From Desulfatiglandales bacterium (lineage in GTDB: Bacteria; Desulfobacterota; DSM-4660; Desulfatiglandales; Desulfatiglandaceae), in assembly GCA_963662465.1 (NCBI GenBank), contig OY759599.1, positions 3,776,001 through 3,840,000 on the forward strand: 64,000 nucleotides of DNA, read 5' to 3'. This document shows, piece after piece, positions 36,224 to 46,602 of the stretch. Below the pieces are notes generated by a model. That model did no database searches. It saw nothing but the letters and a program-made list of their open reading frames with translations, and was not told where the DNA came from. The translations under genes and the position numbers were made by a program. The stretch's first letter is position 1. Each line of letters starts with the position of its first letter.

Positions 36224-37096
36224 CTATATTCTCTCTTCAAGTTCTTTCTGGTGGCTGAAAAGCCCGGATGGCTTGACGATCAACACCACGGCAATGGCGA
36301 TGAGGCTCACCAGCATCATCCAGTGGGGTTCCAGGTAATTGGCCGTAATGGTCTGGGAATACCCGATGAGTACGCTGGCCACCAGAATACCCACGGTACT
36401 GCCGAGCCCCCCTACGATGCACACGGCCAGGGCATTGATGAGAACCTCATACCCCCCTTCCACCGCAATGGTACCCAGCGGCAGGATCACCACCGCCGCG
36501 ATGGCGGCCAAGGCGCACCCCAGGGCCATACTCAGGGCCCCCACCAGGTCGGCATCGATGCCGAAGGTCAGGGCCGTCCGCTCATCCTGGGCAATGGCCC
36601 TGAAAGCGAGCCCCGTCCGGGTATGGTTGGTAAAGAGGTACAGGCACAGGGTGAGACCCACGGCAATAAGACCGATGATCATCCGCTGGTAGTCGATGTA
36701 CACATCTCCCATGCTGAAGCTGCCGTCGACGAAGACGGGCAGGGTATAGCGAAACCCCACAAAATCAAAATACCGGAACAGCTCCATGATGGCCAGACCC
36801 AAACCGAAGGTGGCCATGACCTCGGATAAGGGCATGCCTTTGATTCTCAAGATAACCCCGTAATAGATGGCTAATCCCATGAGCGCTGCCAGCAGGATGG
36901 CAATCAAAACGGCCAACAGGTAGGGAATCCCCAGGGTGTTTAAGAGAATCCACACGGAAAATCCGGAAAAAATGTAGACGGCCCCATAGGCGAAATTGGC
37001 CACGCCGCTGATGCCGAAGGTCAGGTTGAACCCCATGGCCAAGAGGGCCAGGATCGCACTGTTGACAAAACCGTAGATAAGGGTGCCTAGAAGCAT
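36224..37096 (-). CDS. HAAT ABC transporter permease (LivH-like)
   Basis: GFNLTFGISGVANFAYG, TRTGLAFRAIAQD, IVGGLGS, KPSGLF. Confidence 0.9.
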   Translation of the reverse strand: MLLGTLIYGFVNSAILALLAMGFNLTFGISGVANFAYGAVYIFSGFSVWILLNTLGIPYLLAVLIAILLAALMGLAIYYGVILRIKGMPLSEVMATFGLGLAIMELFRYFDFVGFRYTLPVFVDGSFSMGDVYIDYQRMIIGLIAVGLTLCLYLFTNHTRTGLAFRAIAQDERTALTFGIDADLVGALSMALGCALAAIAAVVILPLGTIAVEGGYEVLINALAVCIVGGLGSTVGILVASVLIGYSQTITANYLEPHWMMLVSLIAIAVVLIVKPSGLFSHQKELEERI

Positions 37097-37119
37097 GGAA
37101 ATTCCTTTTTTGAAGACTT

Positions 37120-37181
37120 CAGTTATCAGTTGTCAGGGTGCAGGAGAGCACTTGCCCGCTTCTTTTGACAACTGATAACTG
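37120..37181. other. Stem-loop built from inverted heptamer repeats between binding-protein and permease genes
   Basis: Perfect 16-bp arms CAGTTATCAGTTGTCA / TGACAACTGATAACTG. Confidence 0.75.
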
Positions 37182-37186
37182 ATAAC

Positions 37187-38470
37187 TTATTTTAAGCTTT
37201 TGAGCCCTTCGGGTAATTGAATCTTGGCTTCTGCCACCGACGGGGGATAGACGATGACCCGTTTTCCCGGTTCCTGCCACTGGATCATGCATCCCAGGGC
37301 TTCCACTTCGGGGTCGTTGCCGTAGATGACCTGGTGGTCCTTGCCGAACTTGATGCGGCCCATGGCGCCCTGGCGGTCGGTTTTTTCAAGCGCCGCCACC
37401 ACCTTGTCGCCATTAACGGAGCCAGCCCGTTCAATGGCCTCTTTCAGCATATAGACCATCTCGTAGGCAGGGGCCGGGGAATGGCCCGCTTCAATGGGCT
37501 TGCCGTATTTTTTCTGATATTTTTCGTAGAACTCAACGGATTTGGGAACTTTCGGGACCGGCATGTTGCCGATTTCAAAGATGCAGTTCATGGCGCCGGA
37601 AATTTTTCCATCAAAGAGTTTCCAGGCGCCGGGTCCTGCCAAAGGTGAGATAAATCCGGCCATGAGGGCGGGGATGCGCATAATCTTCCACTGTTTTACC
37701 AGTATCCCGCTCTGGGGCATGTCAAAGATGGGCAGGATCACCTGGGCGCCCTTGGCCTTGGCCTTCATGAGGCCGGCTGAAAAATCTGAGCTTCCCGTGG
37801 GATACTGCTGGCGGCCCACCACTTCCCAGCCCATTTTTTCAAAAACCAGTTTGATCATGAGATCGCCGGTCTTTCGGGCCCAGGCCACATCCTGATTCAT
37901 GATATAGACCTTGTTGAAGCCGAATTCCTTGTTCAGGTAGGCCATGGTGCCGCCCAGGTATTTGATGAGGTAGACCGCGTTCAAACAGGCCCTGAAGGTG
38001 TATTTGTACTTGTCGTAATCGGTGGTTACCTTTTTTTGCATGCCGGGAGACATGGCCGTTCCGAGGATCATGGGAACCTGGTGCTGGGCCACCACATCCA
38101 TGCAGGCGATGGCGCACTCGGACCGAAATGATCCGAAGACGATGAAATCCGCCTTGTCTTCCAGGATGAGCTTTTTATGGGCTCGAATGACGTCGCTTAC
38201 GGGAACGCCGGGTTCCGCGCCCCGAGCGTCGATGGCAATGACCTTGAAGGGACGCGTTTCATTGCCCACCTTGACGCCCCCCGCTTCGTTGATTTCATCC
38301 ACGGCCATATTGACGCAGGCAAGCCCTTCCTTCCCTTCAAGGAACCCCAGCGATGTGGGAACCCCCAGGATAATAGGTTCGGCGGCATGGGAACGATGAA
38401 CCGGAACCAGCAAAAAAACCAGTAAAGCCAACACAACGGACAAAAAACAGACGCTCTTTTTCATGAACAC
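37187..38470 (-). CDS. Periplasmic binding protein (PBP type 1, LivK-like)
   Basis: Signal peptide; MAVDEINEAGGV; AIERAGS; adjacent to the liv-like genes. Confidence 0.9.
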   Translation of the reverse strand: MFMKKSVCFLSVVLALLVFLLVPVHRSHAAEPIILGVPTSLGFLEGKEGLACVNMAVDEINEAGGVKVGNETRPFKVIAIDARGAEPGVPVSDVIRAHKKLILEDKADFIVFGSFRSECAIACMDVVAQHQVPMILGTAMSPGMQKKVTTDYDKYKYTFRACLNAVYLIKYLGGTMAYLNKEFGFNKVYIMNQDVAWARKTGDLMIKLVFEKMGWEVVGRQQYPTGSSDFSAGLMKAKAKGAQVILPIFDMPQSGILVKQWKIMRIPALMAGFISPLAGPGAWKLFDGKISGAMNCIFEIGNMPVPKVPKSVEFYEKYQKKYGKPIEAGHSPAPAYEMVYMLKEAIERAGSVNGDKVVAALEKTDRQGAMGRIKFGKDHQVIYGNDPEVEALGCMIQWQEPGKRVIVYPPSVAEAKIQLPEGLKSLK

Positions 38471-38591
38471 TCCCTCCTCATCAATAAAAGATTTGGTATA
38501 TCCATCAAGGACCTATTGTCCTTTGATCAACGTCTTAAATGTTGAAGAGCTTCCCTGTTCTTTGCCCGCAAACAAAGCGGAAAAACACTAT

Positions 38592-40166
38592 TTAAGGAAG
38601 CAACCCAGTCTGGGTATCGAGATCCTTTCTAAGCTTATATTTCAATATCTTCCCACTGGCACTCATGGGCAAAAAATCAACGAAAAGAATTTTTTTGGGA
38701 ATTTTATACCCGGCAATCTCGCCCCGGCAAAAAAGCTTGATATCCTCTTCCGGGATTTCCGATCCATTTTTCTTGACCACCATCGCCGTTACAATTTCTC
38801 CCCATTTCCGGTCCGGCGTACCGATGACGGCGGCCTGTGAAATCCCCGGATGCTTGTACAGAACATTTTCAACTTCGGCCGGATAAACATTTTCACCGCC
38901 CGTGATGATCATATCCTTTTTCCGATCCACCACGTAAATGAAGCCTTTCTCGTCGACCCGGCACATGTCCAATGGATAGTACCAGCCATTTCTGAAGTCC
39001 TTTCTTGTTTCAGCCGCCTTGTTCCAGTAACCCAGGGTATTTCCCAATCCCCGAACCTTGATTTCACCCACCATACCCGGTGAAACCGGCTGGTCATTTT
39101 CATCCACAACGACGCTCTGCATATCGACGAAGGATCTGCCGCAGGAACCCAGAATTTCCGTATTGCCCGATTCCAGGGCCTTGGCAACATCCTCGGTTTT
39201 TAGAATGGTCGTTTGCCCCACTGTTTCGGTGGTTCCGAAAAGGTGCAGAAAAACATTGCCGAACCGCTCGATGGCTTTCTGAAAGATCACGGGGGTCACC
39301 GGCGCTCCCGCAAAAAACATTTTTTTCAAACTGCTTAGATCATATTTGTCAACATGAGGATAGTCAATAAGAAAAAGCAACATGGGGGTTGCCAGCATCC
39401 CCATGGTCACTTTGTGTTTTTCCACAAGACCCATGAATTCTTCCACATCCCATTGGGGCATGATGACGGCCGTGGTTCCGCTGTACATGCAGGTCATCAA
39501 GACGACTTCGCCCGTGGCATGAAACAAAGGCGATGGGATGATGCCGAAGTCCTCCGAATCCATTTTCAGCTCAAGGGTCAAGCTTCTGCCGGCATGGTAA
39601 TAGTTGCGGTGAATGGCCATGCACCCTTTCGGGGCGCCGGTTGTGCCGCTGGTGTACATGAGGGCGGCCAGGTCATTTTCCGTGACATCTATATTTGGCG
39701 TCTCAGGGGAAGATTCCTGGATCAGCGTTTCATAATGATGCCAACCTTCCGGTGTTTTTGATGAATCGCCAATGAATATAAAGTGTTTAACAAAAGAAAG
39801 TTCGTCTTTTATTTTTTCAATATGAGGAAGATAACTTTCCCTCACCATGAGTACGGAGGCTTGGGAGTCGGACAGAATCGTTTGAATTTCCATGGGGGCC
39901 AGCCTGAAATTCAACATCACCAGGGCCAAACCGGCATTGGGAATGCTAAAATATGATTCCGCGTTTTCCATGCTGTTGTGGCTTAAAATGGCCACCCGAT
40001 CCCCTTTGTTGAGTCCCATGGCCAACAGGGCGTTGCCCATTCTGTTGGTTCTTTCCGAGAATTCTCTGAAGGTATATTGGCGATCCCCTTCAATCAAGGC
40101 CGGTTTATTCGGATGGTATTCCAAATTTCGGGTCAGCATATTTCTGAGTGTACATATTGTATTCAT
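38592..40166 (-). CDS. Long-chain acyl-CoA synthetase / AMP-binding enzyme
   Basis: YTSGTTGAPKG, FGTTET, DRKKDMIITGGENVYPAEVE, LPMSASGK. Confidence 0.92.
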   Translation of the reverse strand: MNTICTLRNMLTRNLEYHPNKPALIEGDRQYTFREFSERTNRMGNALLAMGLNKGDRVAILSHNSMENAESYFSIPNAGLALVMLNFRLAPMEIQTILSDSQASVLMVRESYLPHIEKIKDELSFVKHFIFIGDSSKTPEGWHHYETLIQESSPETPNIDVTENDLAALMYTSGTTGAPKGCMAIHRNYYHAGRSLTLELKMDSEDFGIIPSPLFHATGEVVLMTCMYSGTTAVIMPQWDVEEFMGLVEKHKVTMGMLATPMLLFLIDYPHVDKYDLSSLKKMFFAGAPVTPVIFQKAIERFGNVFLHLFGTTETVGQTTILKTEDVAKALESGNTEILGSCGRSFVDMQSVVVDENDQPVSPGMVGEIKVRGLGNTLGYWNKAAETRKDFRNGWYYPLDMCRVDEKGFIYVVDRKKDMIITGGENVYPAEVENVLYKHPGISQAAVIGTPDRKWGEIVTAMVVKKNGSEIPEEDIKLFCRGEIAGYKIPKKILFVDFLPMSASGKILKYKLRKDLDTQTGLLP

Positions 40167-40273
40167 TAGATGTCCTCACTGATATGGGTCTTATATAAAC
40201 AGGATGCTCGGCGTTTTTTTTATTGATCAGCCTTTCGAACAATCCTGAAGGAAGTAATCATCCTACCTGCGCA

Positions 40274-40289
40274 AGCAAAGGCCGTGCCA
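40274..40289 (-). promoter_or_regulatory. Sigma54 promoter for the acyl-CoA ligase/ABC operon
   Basis: Minus strand TGGCACGGCCTTTGCT matches the consensus TGGCACG-N4-TTGCW. Confidence 0.9.
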
Positions 40290-40368
40290 TAAGAAAATAA
40301 TAAGCTTAACATGCTTAAAATAAAAGGTTTATTCCTATGGATCTCTCCTCAACGGAATTGACCGTGAC

Positions 40369-40385
40369 TGTAAGAATTCGTTACA
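40369..40385. promoter_or_regulatory. Palindrome, candidate activator UAS
   Basis: TGTAA-N7-TTACA about 80-95 bp upstream of the -24 box; a related GTTACC-N3-GGTGAC dyad lies near 40474-40488. Confidence 0.5.
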
Positions 40386-40528
40386 ATCGGTTTGGAAGAA
40401 GAGGGTTCCGGATAAGATGGAGAAATAGAAATATGTTTATAAACAATAAGTTGACTTGTTTGTCCTGCCAGGCGTTACCAAAGGTGACGCGCAGAGGGAA
40501 TGCGTAAGAAAAGGTAACACCCGTCTGG

Positions 40529-41809
40529 TCAGTGGGACTTCCCGGCGGATTTCATAAAGGCAGGGAGCGCAATATGTCCCTCGGCGATGGTGTGGGGGAA
40601 CACAATGACGCGTTTTCCGGGCGGCTGCCACTGAACCACGCAGGCCAGGACATCTTGTTCGGGATTACGACCGAAAATGGCCTGGTGACCCCTGTGGAAA
40701 ATAACACGTCCCATCACCCCTTTTCGATCGGTGGCCGCCAGTGCTTCCGCCACTCGATCCGGGTCCAGGGTTTGGGCCCGTTCAAAAGCCTGGGCCAGAA
40801 TGTAAACTGATTCGTAGGCCGGGGCCGGTCCGTGGCCCGCCTGAATAGGAGAACCGTATCTGTCTTGATAGGCTTCGTAAAAAACTTGTGCCGGAGGATA
40901 TTTGAGTGACGGCAGGTTCCCCAGTTCAAATATGACGTTGATTACACCCTCCACCCCTCCCTGGAAAGAGGCCCAGGCATGGGGTCCGGAAGCCGGTGAA
41001 ATGAAGCCGCATAACATGGCCGGCGGTTTCATTTTATACCACGCTTGAACCAGGTTTTTACTGGTGGGCATGTCAAAAACGGCCAGAATCACTTGCGCTC
41101 CGGTTGCCTTTGCCCGGCTTAGCGACGGGTGGAAATTCGTTGTTTCAGCGGGAAGGTTTTCCTGCCCCAAAACTTTCCATCCGGATCGATCCAGATACAG
41201 TTTCAACATTAGGTAAGCCGTGGAACGGGCCCATGCCACATCCTGATTCAAGATAAGTACTTTTTCAAAACCGAATTCCTGTTTCATCAGCTTCATGGTT
41301 TTGATGAGATAAGCGACAAGGTATTTGGTGCTGAGCCCCACGCGAAAAATGTACTTATATTTGGCATTGCTCAGGATTTTGGCATCCACGGCCGGAGACA
41401 TGGCAATACATTCCAGGGTGGGCAGTTTTTTTTCAGCCAGAAGATCCATGGAAGCCAGAAGCACTTCCGAACGAAATGGCCCGACGACCAGAGCATGGGG
41501 GTTTTTCTCTCTGATAAAGGTTCGAAGTTTTGTCACAACTTCGGCGGGAGAAGAGGCGCCCGGCCCGACCTCATTCAGATCAAAGGGCGCCACCCTGAAC
41601 TTGTAATGTTTCCCTTTCAGGGTTACGCCTCCGGCGCCATTGATTTCCGCCACGGCCATTTGGACCGATTTTAAACTCTCCGACCCTTCGAGTGTTTTTA
41701 AGGATGTGGGCGCGCCCAAAAGGATCTCACTATCCCCACCGGCGATAGCAAACGAGACCCAATAGAGTACCATTACAAAAAGGGTCAGTATCCATAGCCA
41801 TCTGCTCAT
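40529..41809 (-). CDS. Second PBP1 binding protein, paralogue of 37187..38470, in the regulator operon
   Basis: Shared motifs (LGAPTSL, GPFRSE, NQDVAWAR, FDMPTS, GFISP, AGHGPAPAYE, QWQPPGKRVIV); start overlaps the regulator stop. Confidence 0.9.
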   Translation of the reverse strand: MSRWLWILTLFVMVLYWVSFAIAGGDSEILLGAPTSLKTLEGSESLKSVQMAVAEINGAGGVTLKGKHYKFRVAPFDLNEVGPGASSPAEVVTKLRTFIREKNPHALVVGPFRSEVLLASMDLLAEKKLPTLECIAMSPAVDAKILSNAKYKYIFRVGLSTKYLVAYLIKTMKLMKQEFGFEKVLILNQDVAWARSTAYLMLKLYLDRSGWKVLGQENLPAETTNFHPSLSRAKATGAQVILAVFDMPTSKNLVQAWYKMKPPAMLCGFISPASGPHAWASFQGGVEGVINVIFELGNLPSLKYPPAQVFYEAYQDRYGSPIQAGHGPAPAYESVYILAQAFERAQTLDPDRVAEALAATDRKGVMGRVIFHRGHQAIFGRNPEQDVLACVVQWQPPGKRVIVFPHTIAEGHIALPAFMKSAGKSH

Positions 41810-43224
41810 TCAGACATCTCCCGGCCGGGAACCATGATGTCTCTGATTCCCAATCGCTCCATCTTTTCGTAAAGCCCTTTCCGTGATATGCCGAGTACTT
41901 TGGCTGCCAGGGTTTTGTTGGCATGGCATCGTTTCATGGTACTAATAATCAGATGGGTCTCCATATCCTTGAGGGTTGGGCCTTTAGCGGAAGGATCTCC
42001 CTGGATTTCCGGGCCGAAAGGTCCCTCCGCGTGAGATGCCCGGCATACAATTTTCCGGGGAAGATCTTCCATGGCCAGATAGGGTTTTTTGGAGAGAATA
42101 ACGGACCTGGCGAGAGCGTTTTTCAGCTCCCGGATATTGCCCGGCCAATGGTAGTCCATCAATGCCCGCATGGCTTCCGGGGATACCCCCTCCATGGCTC
42201 TCAGATACCGTCTGGCATATCGATTGACAAAATGCTCCACCAGAAGGGGAATGTCTTCCGTTCGCTCCCTGAGAGGGGGGAGGTGGATGGGAATGACTTC
42301 GATGCGGTACAGTAAATCGCTCATGAACCGGCCGGAAGCAATTTGTTCCTCAAGGTTCGCATTGGTAGCGGCCACCAGTCGTACATTGACCCTTTTTTCT
42401 CTGTGATCCCCCACAGGCTCAAAAGTGCCGTCCTGTAGAAATCTCAGAAACTTGGACTGGAGGTTCAAGGACATATGACCGATCTCATCCAGAAACAGGG
42501 TCCCCTTGTGCGCCGATTCAAGCCTCCCTTTTCTGTCTGCCAAGGCCCCCGTGAAGGCCCCCTTTGCATGACCGAACAGTTCCGCCTCCAGAAGACTTTC
42601 CGTGAGCGCCGCGCAATTGATGCAGACGATTGGTTTTTCCCGTCGCCCGGACTCTATGTGGAGTGCCCTGGCCAGGAGTTCTTTTCCGGTGCCGGTCTCT
42701 CCCGTGATGAGTACGGACGCGTCTGTTGGACCTACCGTATGCACCATCTCAAAGATATCCCGCATGGTGGAACTGGCCCCCAGAATGCCGTGAAAGCTGC
42801 TCTCCTTTCTAACCTGACGTTGTAAGGTCGCCAATTTGAGACTTATTTCCGCCTGACGGCAGGCATTGGACAACACAATGGGAAGTTCCTCATAATTGAG
42901 GGGTTTGATGAGATAATCCGTTACCCCTTCCTTGAGGGCCATAATCGCCGTTTCCACCGTGGCATAAGCGGTCATGATAATAAAAGGAGGTGTGGGACCG
43001 GCGTGAACCATGGACCGGTAAAGATCCAATCCGGTCATGCCCGGCATGTTCATGTCGGCCAGCACCACGTCGATGTCTGTGTTTTTCCCAAAAATTTTCA
43101 ACGCTTCCCCGCCGCTGGATGCTTTTAAAACCCGGTAGCCCTTATCGGCCAGAAACAGCATCAACACCTTCAGGGTGTTGATTCTGTCGTCCACCACAAG
43201 GATGGTCCTTTCCGATGCAATCAT
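41806..43224 (-). CDS. Sigma54-dependent response regulator (REC-AAA+-HTH)
   Basis: GETGTGKE, GAFTGA, FLDEIG, WPGNIRELKN, HTH. Confidence 0.95.
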   Translation of the reverse strand: MIASERTILVVDDRINTLKVLMLFLADKGYRVLKASSGGEALKIFGKNTDIDVVLADMNMPGMTGLDLYRSMVHAGPTPPFIIMTAYATVETAIMALKEGVTDYLIKPLNYEELPIVLSNACRQAEISLKLATLQRQVRKESSFHGILGASSTMRDIFEMVHTVGPTDASVLITGETGTGKELLARALHIESGRREKPIVCINCAALTESLLEAELFGHAKGAFTGALADRKGRLESAHKGTLFLDEIGHMSLNLQSKFLRFLQDGTFEPVGDHREKRVNVRLVAATNANLEEQIASGRFMSDLLYRIEVIPIHLPPLRERTEDIPLLVEHFVNRYARRYLRAMEGVSPEAMRALMDYHWPGNIRELKNALARSVILSKKPYLAMEDLPRKIVCRASHAEGPFGPEIQGDPSAKGPTLKDMETHLIISTMKRCHANKTLAAKVLGISRKGLYEKMERLGIRDIMVPGREMSE

Positions 43225-43227
43225 TTT

Positions 43228-45051
43228 TTATGTCCTCCCGGTTCCGGCCACTGGCAGAAAAATGGTGACCTGGGTCCCCCTGCCCGCCTGGCTGTCGATC
43301 TGGATGGCGCCCCCATGGGCTTCGACAATGCCAAGGCTGAGGGGCAATCCCAGCCCCGTACCGTCCTCCTTTGTGGTGAAAAAAGGGTCAAACACGTTGG
43401 GCAAATCCTGATCGTTGATGCCGACGCCGTTATCTTTCACCACCAGCAGCAACTTTTGTCCACCGGCCATATCAAGAACGAGGGCGCCCACTTCAATTTC
43501 ACCCCCCTCCTTCAGTGCATCCATGGCATTGATGAAGAGATTGAGGAGAACCTGTTCCATCTGATGGGTATCCAGTTGCACCAGTGGGAGGGAGGGTTCC
43601 AGCCGATTTTGGAACCTGATGCCCTTCTTTTGCGCCTCCCCAGCCAATAGATCCTCCGTCCCCAGAATGATTTTATTGATCTCAACCGTCTCAAATCTGG
43701 GGGGCGCCTGTTTGGAGAAATACAAAAATTCCGATACCACCCGGTCCAGACGATCGATTTCCTCCGCCACCAACTGTGTATACTGCCGTATCAATGGTTC
43801 ATGCCCATATTTTTGTCCCAAATGAACCATGGCGCCCTTCATGGCATTCAACGGGTTTCGGATCTCATGAGCAACGCCGGCTGACAACCGTCCCAGGGAA
43901 ATGAGTTTTTCCGAGCGGACCAGTTCTTTTTGAATGCGGGAAAGGTTATTGACCATTCGGTTGAAGGAACGGGTCAAATCCCCTAATTCGTCGCTGGATT
44001 TTACCGGAATCATCTGACTCATGTCGCCGCCGGCCAGGCGGTTCGTAGCCGTCACCAATCTGCGTACGGGTCTCAGAAGATGGTATGAAAGGACAAATGC
44101 ACCCAGAAGGGTTACCAGAATCGTCGCCACAACCAGCTGAATGACCTTGGTTCTGATGGCCTGGGCTTCCTTGCCGAATTCCTCAATGGGAATGGTGACG
44201 GCCATGGACCAGTTCATGGTGGGAATGGGGGCAAAAGCCGCCACCTTCTTTCGGCCCTGGAAGGTGTATTCCTGCCATCCCGTGGCCCCCGCTGCCATGT
44301 CATTGGCCAAACGAACCAGGCTTTGGTCCGGACTGTTTTTGGCATCATACTCATATGGCCCATAGAAGGGATGGACCAGGGTTTTCCCCTCATTGTCCGT
44401 CAAAAATGAATACCCCTCTTCGCCGATGCGGATGGCGCCTATAAAATGCCTTATTTTTTTAAAATCAACATCAATCACGATAACGCCCGCAAATTCCTGC
44501 CAACCCGTAAAAAATGCCTTGCTGCAATGAACCACATACCCCTCCCGGTCCCGGCAATGGACCAGACCCGAAAAATGGACGCCCACGGGTCTCATGGATG
44601 GGTTTTTCCCGAAAAAAAGCTTCCGGCTTTGATCATCTAAGGGATTAACAGCGCCGGGGCCCCCTACGCTGATCAATTCCTCTTCATGTTCATTCAACAC
44701 CCGTATCCCGTAATAAAAGGGGGTGCGGGCGAGAATATCCTCAAACAATTTACGCAGGTTGTCCCGGTTGAATTCGGCTTCGGCCTCCAGACGAAACAAC
44801 CTGGCGAGATGATACTCGGCCAGGATCGGGGACCGCGAAATGGTGGTCAAATCAACCCGGCAATGATAGAAAATATCATCGATTTTGTTGGCGGCCGCTT
44901 CCACCTGGACCATTTGTTCCTGGCGAACCAAACGGTTGACCCTTTCCACCGAAGCCTGAATGGAGGAATAGCCCACCACCGCAACCGGCAGGCATACCAT
45001 GGGGATAATAAACATCAGCAATTTGCTGAAGATGGAAATGCGGATCCGCAA
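43228..45051 (-). CDS. Membrane sensor histidine kinase (Cache-HAMP-HisKA-HATPase)
   Basis: Two TMs flanking a Cache-like domain (GEEGYSFLTD...LVHP), HAMP (SDELGDLTRSFNRM), AHEIRNPL. Confidence 0.93.
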   Translation of the reverse strand: MRIRISIFSKLLMFIIPMVCLPVAVVGYSSIQASVERVNRLVRQEQMVQVEAAANKIDDIFYHCRVDLTTISRSPILAEYHLARLFRLEAEAEFNRDNLRKLFEDILARTPFYYGIRVLNEHEEELISVGGPGAVNPLDDQSRKLFFGKNPSMRPVGVHFSGLVHCRDREGYVVHCSKAFFTGWQEFAGVIVIDVDFKKIRHFIGAIRIGEEGYSFLTDNEGKTLVHPFYGPYEYDAKNSPDQSLVRLANDMAAGATGWQEYTFQGRKKVAAFAPIPTMNWSMAVTIPIEEFGKEAQAIRTKVIQLVVATILVTLLGAFVLSYHLLRPVRRLVTATNRLAGGDMSQMIPVKSSDELGDLTRSFNRMVNNLSRIQKELVRSEKLISLGRLSAGVAHEIRNPLNAMKGAMVHLGQKYGHEPLIRQYTQLVAEEIDRLDRVVSEFLYFSKQAPPRFETVEINKIILGTEDLLAGEAQKKGIRFQNRLEPSLPLVQLDTHQMEQVLLNLFINAMDALKEGGEIEVGALVLDMAGGQKLLLVVKDNGVGINDQDLPNVFDPFFTTKEDGTGLGLPLSLGIVEAHGGAIQIDSQAGRGTQVTIFLPVAGTGRT

Positions 45052-45292
45052 ATGTTGCCTCCATCCACCCTTTCCGGGTAGGACTTACCGTAGGGGCTCA
45101 CCGTTCCCCTGTTTTCATCGAAAATCAATTCTTACCCCTTTTCGCTTTTAGAGTCAATTCCGGCAAAAGCGCCTGGATTTTATCTAAGTAGGGTCTGACG
45201 ACTTTGGTTTGACATTTGGTCATGCTTGTATAAAACTGTGAGGAAGTAACAACGAAGCGTTGTTCCCTAAATTGACGACCAGGAGATTGAAA

Positions 45293-46576
45293 ATGGAGCA
45301 TCTGCCGGCGGAAAACATTTTTTTGAACAGGGCGCGGGAAACAATGAATTGGAAAAAGCGTCGTGACCGTTTGGACCGGCGGTTTGCGGCAACGGTTGCC
45401 CACGCTTATGGGCAATCGAAGGCCTACCGTGAAATGTTTGATGCGGCGGGTATTGACGTTTCGAACATCCGCGGTCTCGATGATCTGGAAACCCTTCCCA
45501 TCCTGAGGATGGCGGGTCTTGCGGAGCGTCAGCAGAAAGATCCGCCATTTGGTGGGTTCAATACCGTCAACCCCGAAGACCTTCAAAGAATATATGTGAA
45601 TCCCGGATTTATCCTGCAGCCGGGCGAACGGCAATACGAGGACACGTCATGGGCCGAAGCGCTTTGCGGGGCCGGGTTTTCCGCCGGAGACCGGATTATC
45701 AATACCTTTAACTATCATCTCTGGCCGTTGGCTTTCATGTTGGATGAATCCGTGAAAATGATTGGCGGAACGGTTGTTCCCACGGGCGTCGGCAACACCA
45801 TGATGCAAGCTCGGATCATGCAGAAACTAAAGGTCAACGGATTTGTGGGAACCCCCAGTTTCCTGATGACCATTATTCAGCGGGCCGAGGGGATGGGACT
45901 CGATTTCAAGAAGGATATGGCGTTGAAAAAGGCGTTTGTGGGCGCTGAAATGCTGCCTGAATCCATGCGGTTACGGTTGGAACATAGACTTGAAATGACC
46001 ATCCGGGAGGCGTATGGTACAGTTCTTCTGGGATGCATTGGGTATGAGTGCGGGCATAGAACGGGTCTCCATGTCCCGGACGGCATGGTGGTGGAGGTGG
46101 TGGATCCTCACACGGGAAAAGGAGTGAAAGAAGGGGCGATGGGCGAAATTGTTGCCACGAATTTCAATGAAACCTACCCCATGATCCGCATGGCTACCGG
46201 GGATCTTTCCGTATTGACCCACCAAGGGTGCTCTTGCGGGCGAACCGGTCCCATGTTAAAGAAGATATTGGGCCGGACCGATCAGGCCGCCAAGGTGAAA
46301 GGAACCTTTATTCACCCCTGGCAGACGGATGAGGTGATGCACCGGTTTCCCGAAGTGTTCAAGTACCAGGTGGTGATCACACGGAAAGAATTGAAGGATG
46401 TGATGACCTTTGTGGTGGAGTTGAAAGAAGATATGGCCGAAACCTCCGTGTTTGGCGCACGCATGGAGCGGGATATCAAGGACCTCCTGACCGTCAGAGG
46501 GTTCGTTCGGATTGTGTCTCGGGGAACCATTCCCGATTTCCACAAAAAAATTGATGACCGGCGAACCTGGGAATGA
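45293..46576 (+). CDS. Phenylacetate-CoA ligase (PaaK)-family protein
   Basis: AGGAG RBS; DPPFGGF, GTPSFL, GAEMLP, EVVDP, PMIRMATGD, GRTDQ. Confidence 0.85.
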   Translation: MEHLPAENIFLNRARETMNWKKRRDRLDRRFAATVAHAYGQSKAYREMFDAAGIDVSNIRGLDDLETLPILRMAGLAERQQKDPPFGGFNTVNPEDLQRIYVNPGFILQPGERQYEDTSWAEALCGAGFSAGDRIINTFNYHLWPLAFMLDESVKMIGGTVVPTGVGNTMMQARIMQKLKVNGFVGTPSFLMTIIQRAEGMGLDFKKDMALKKAFVGAEMLPESMRLRLEHRLEMTIREAYGTVLLGCIGYECGHRTGLHVPDGMVVEVVDPHTGKGVKEGAMGEIVATNFNETYPMIRMATGDLSVLTHQGCSCGRTGPMLKKILGRTDQAAKVKGTFIHPWQTDEVMHRFPEVFKYQVVITRKELKDVMTFVVELKEDMAETSVFGARMERDIKDLLTVRGFVRIVSRGTIPDFHKKIDDRRTWE

Positions 46577-46602
46577 CGCCCTTGGCTGGGAGATGGAATG
46601 CA

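Noticed and set aside
45209..45236. Sigma70 promoter for the PaaK-like gene
   Set aside because: TTGACA is present but the best -10 matches have poor spacing or sequence, so support is too weak.
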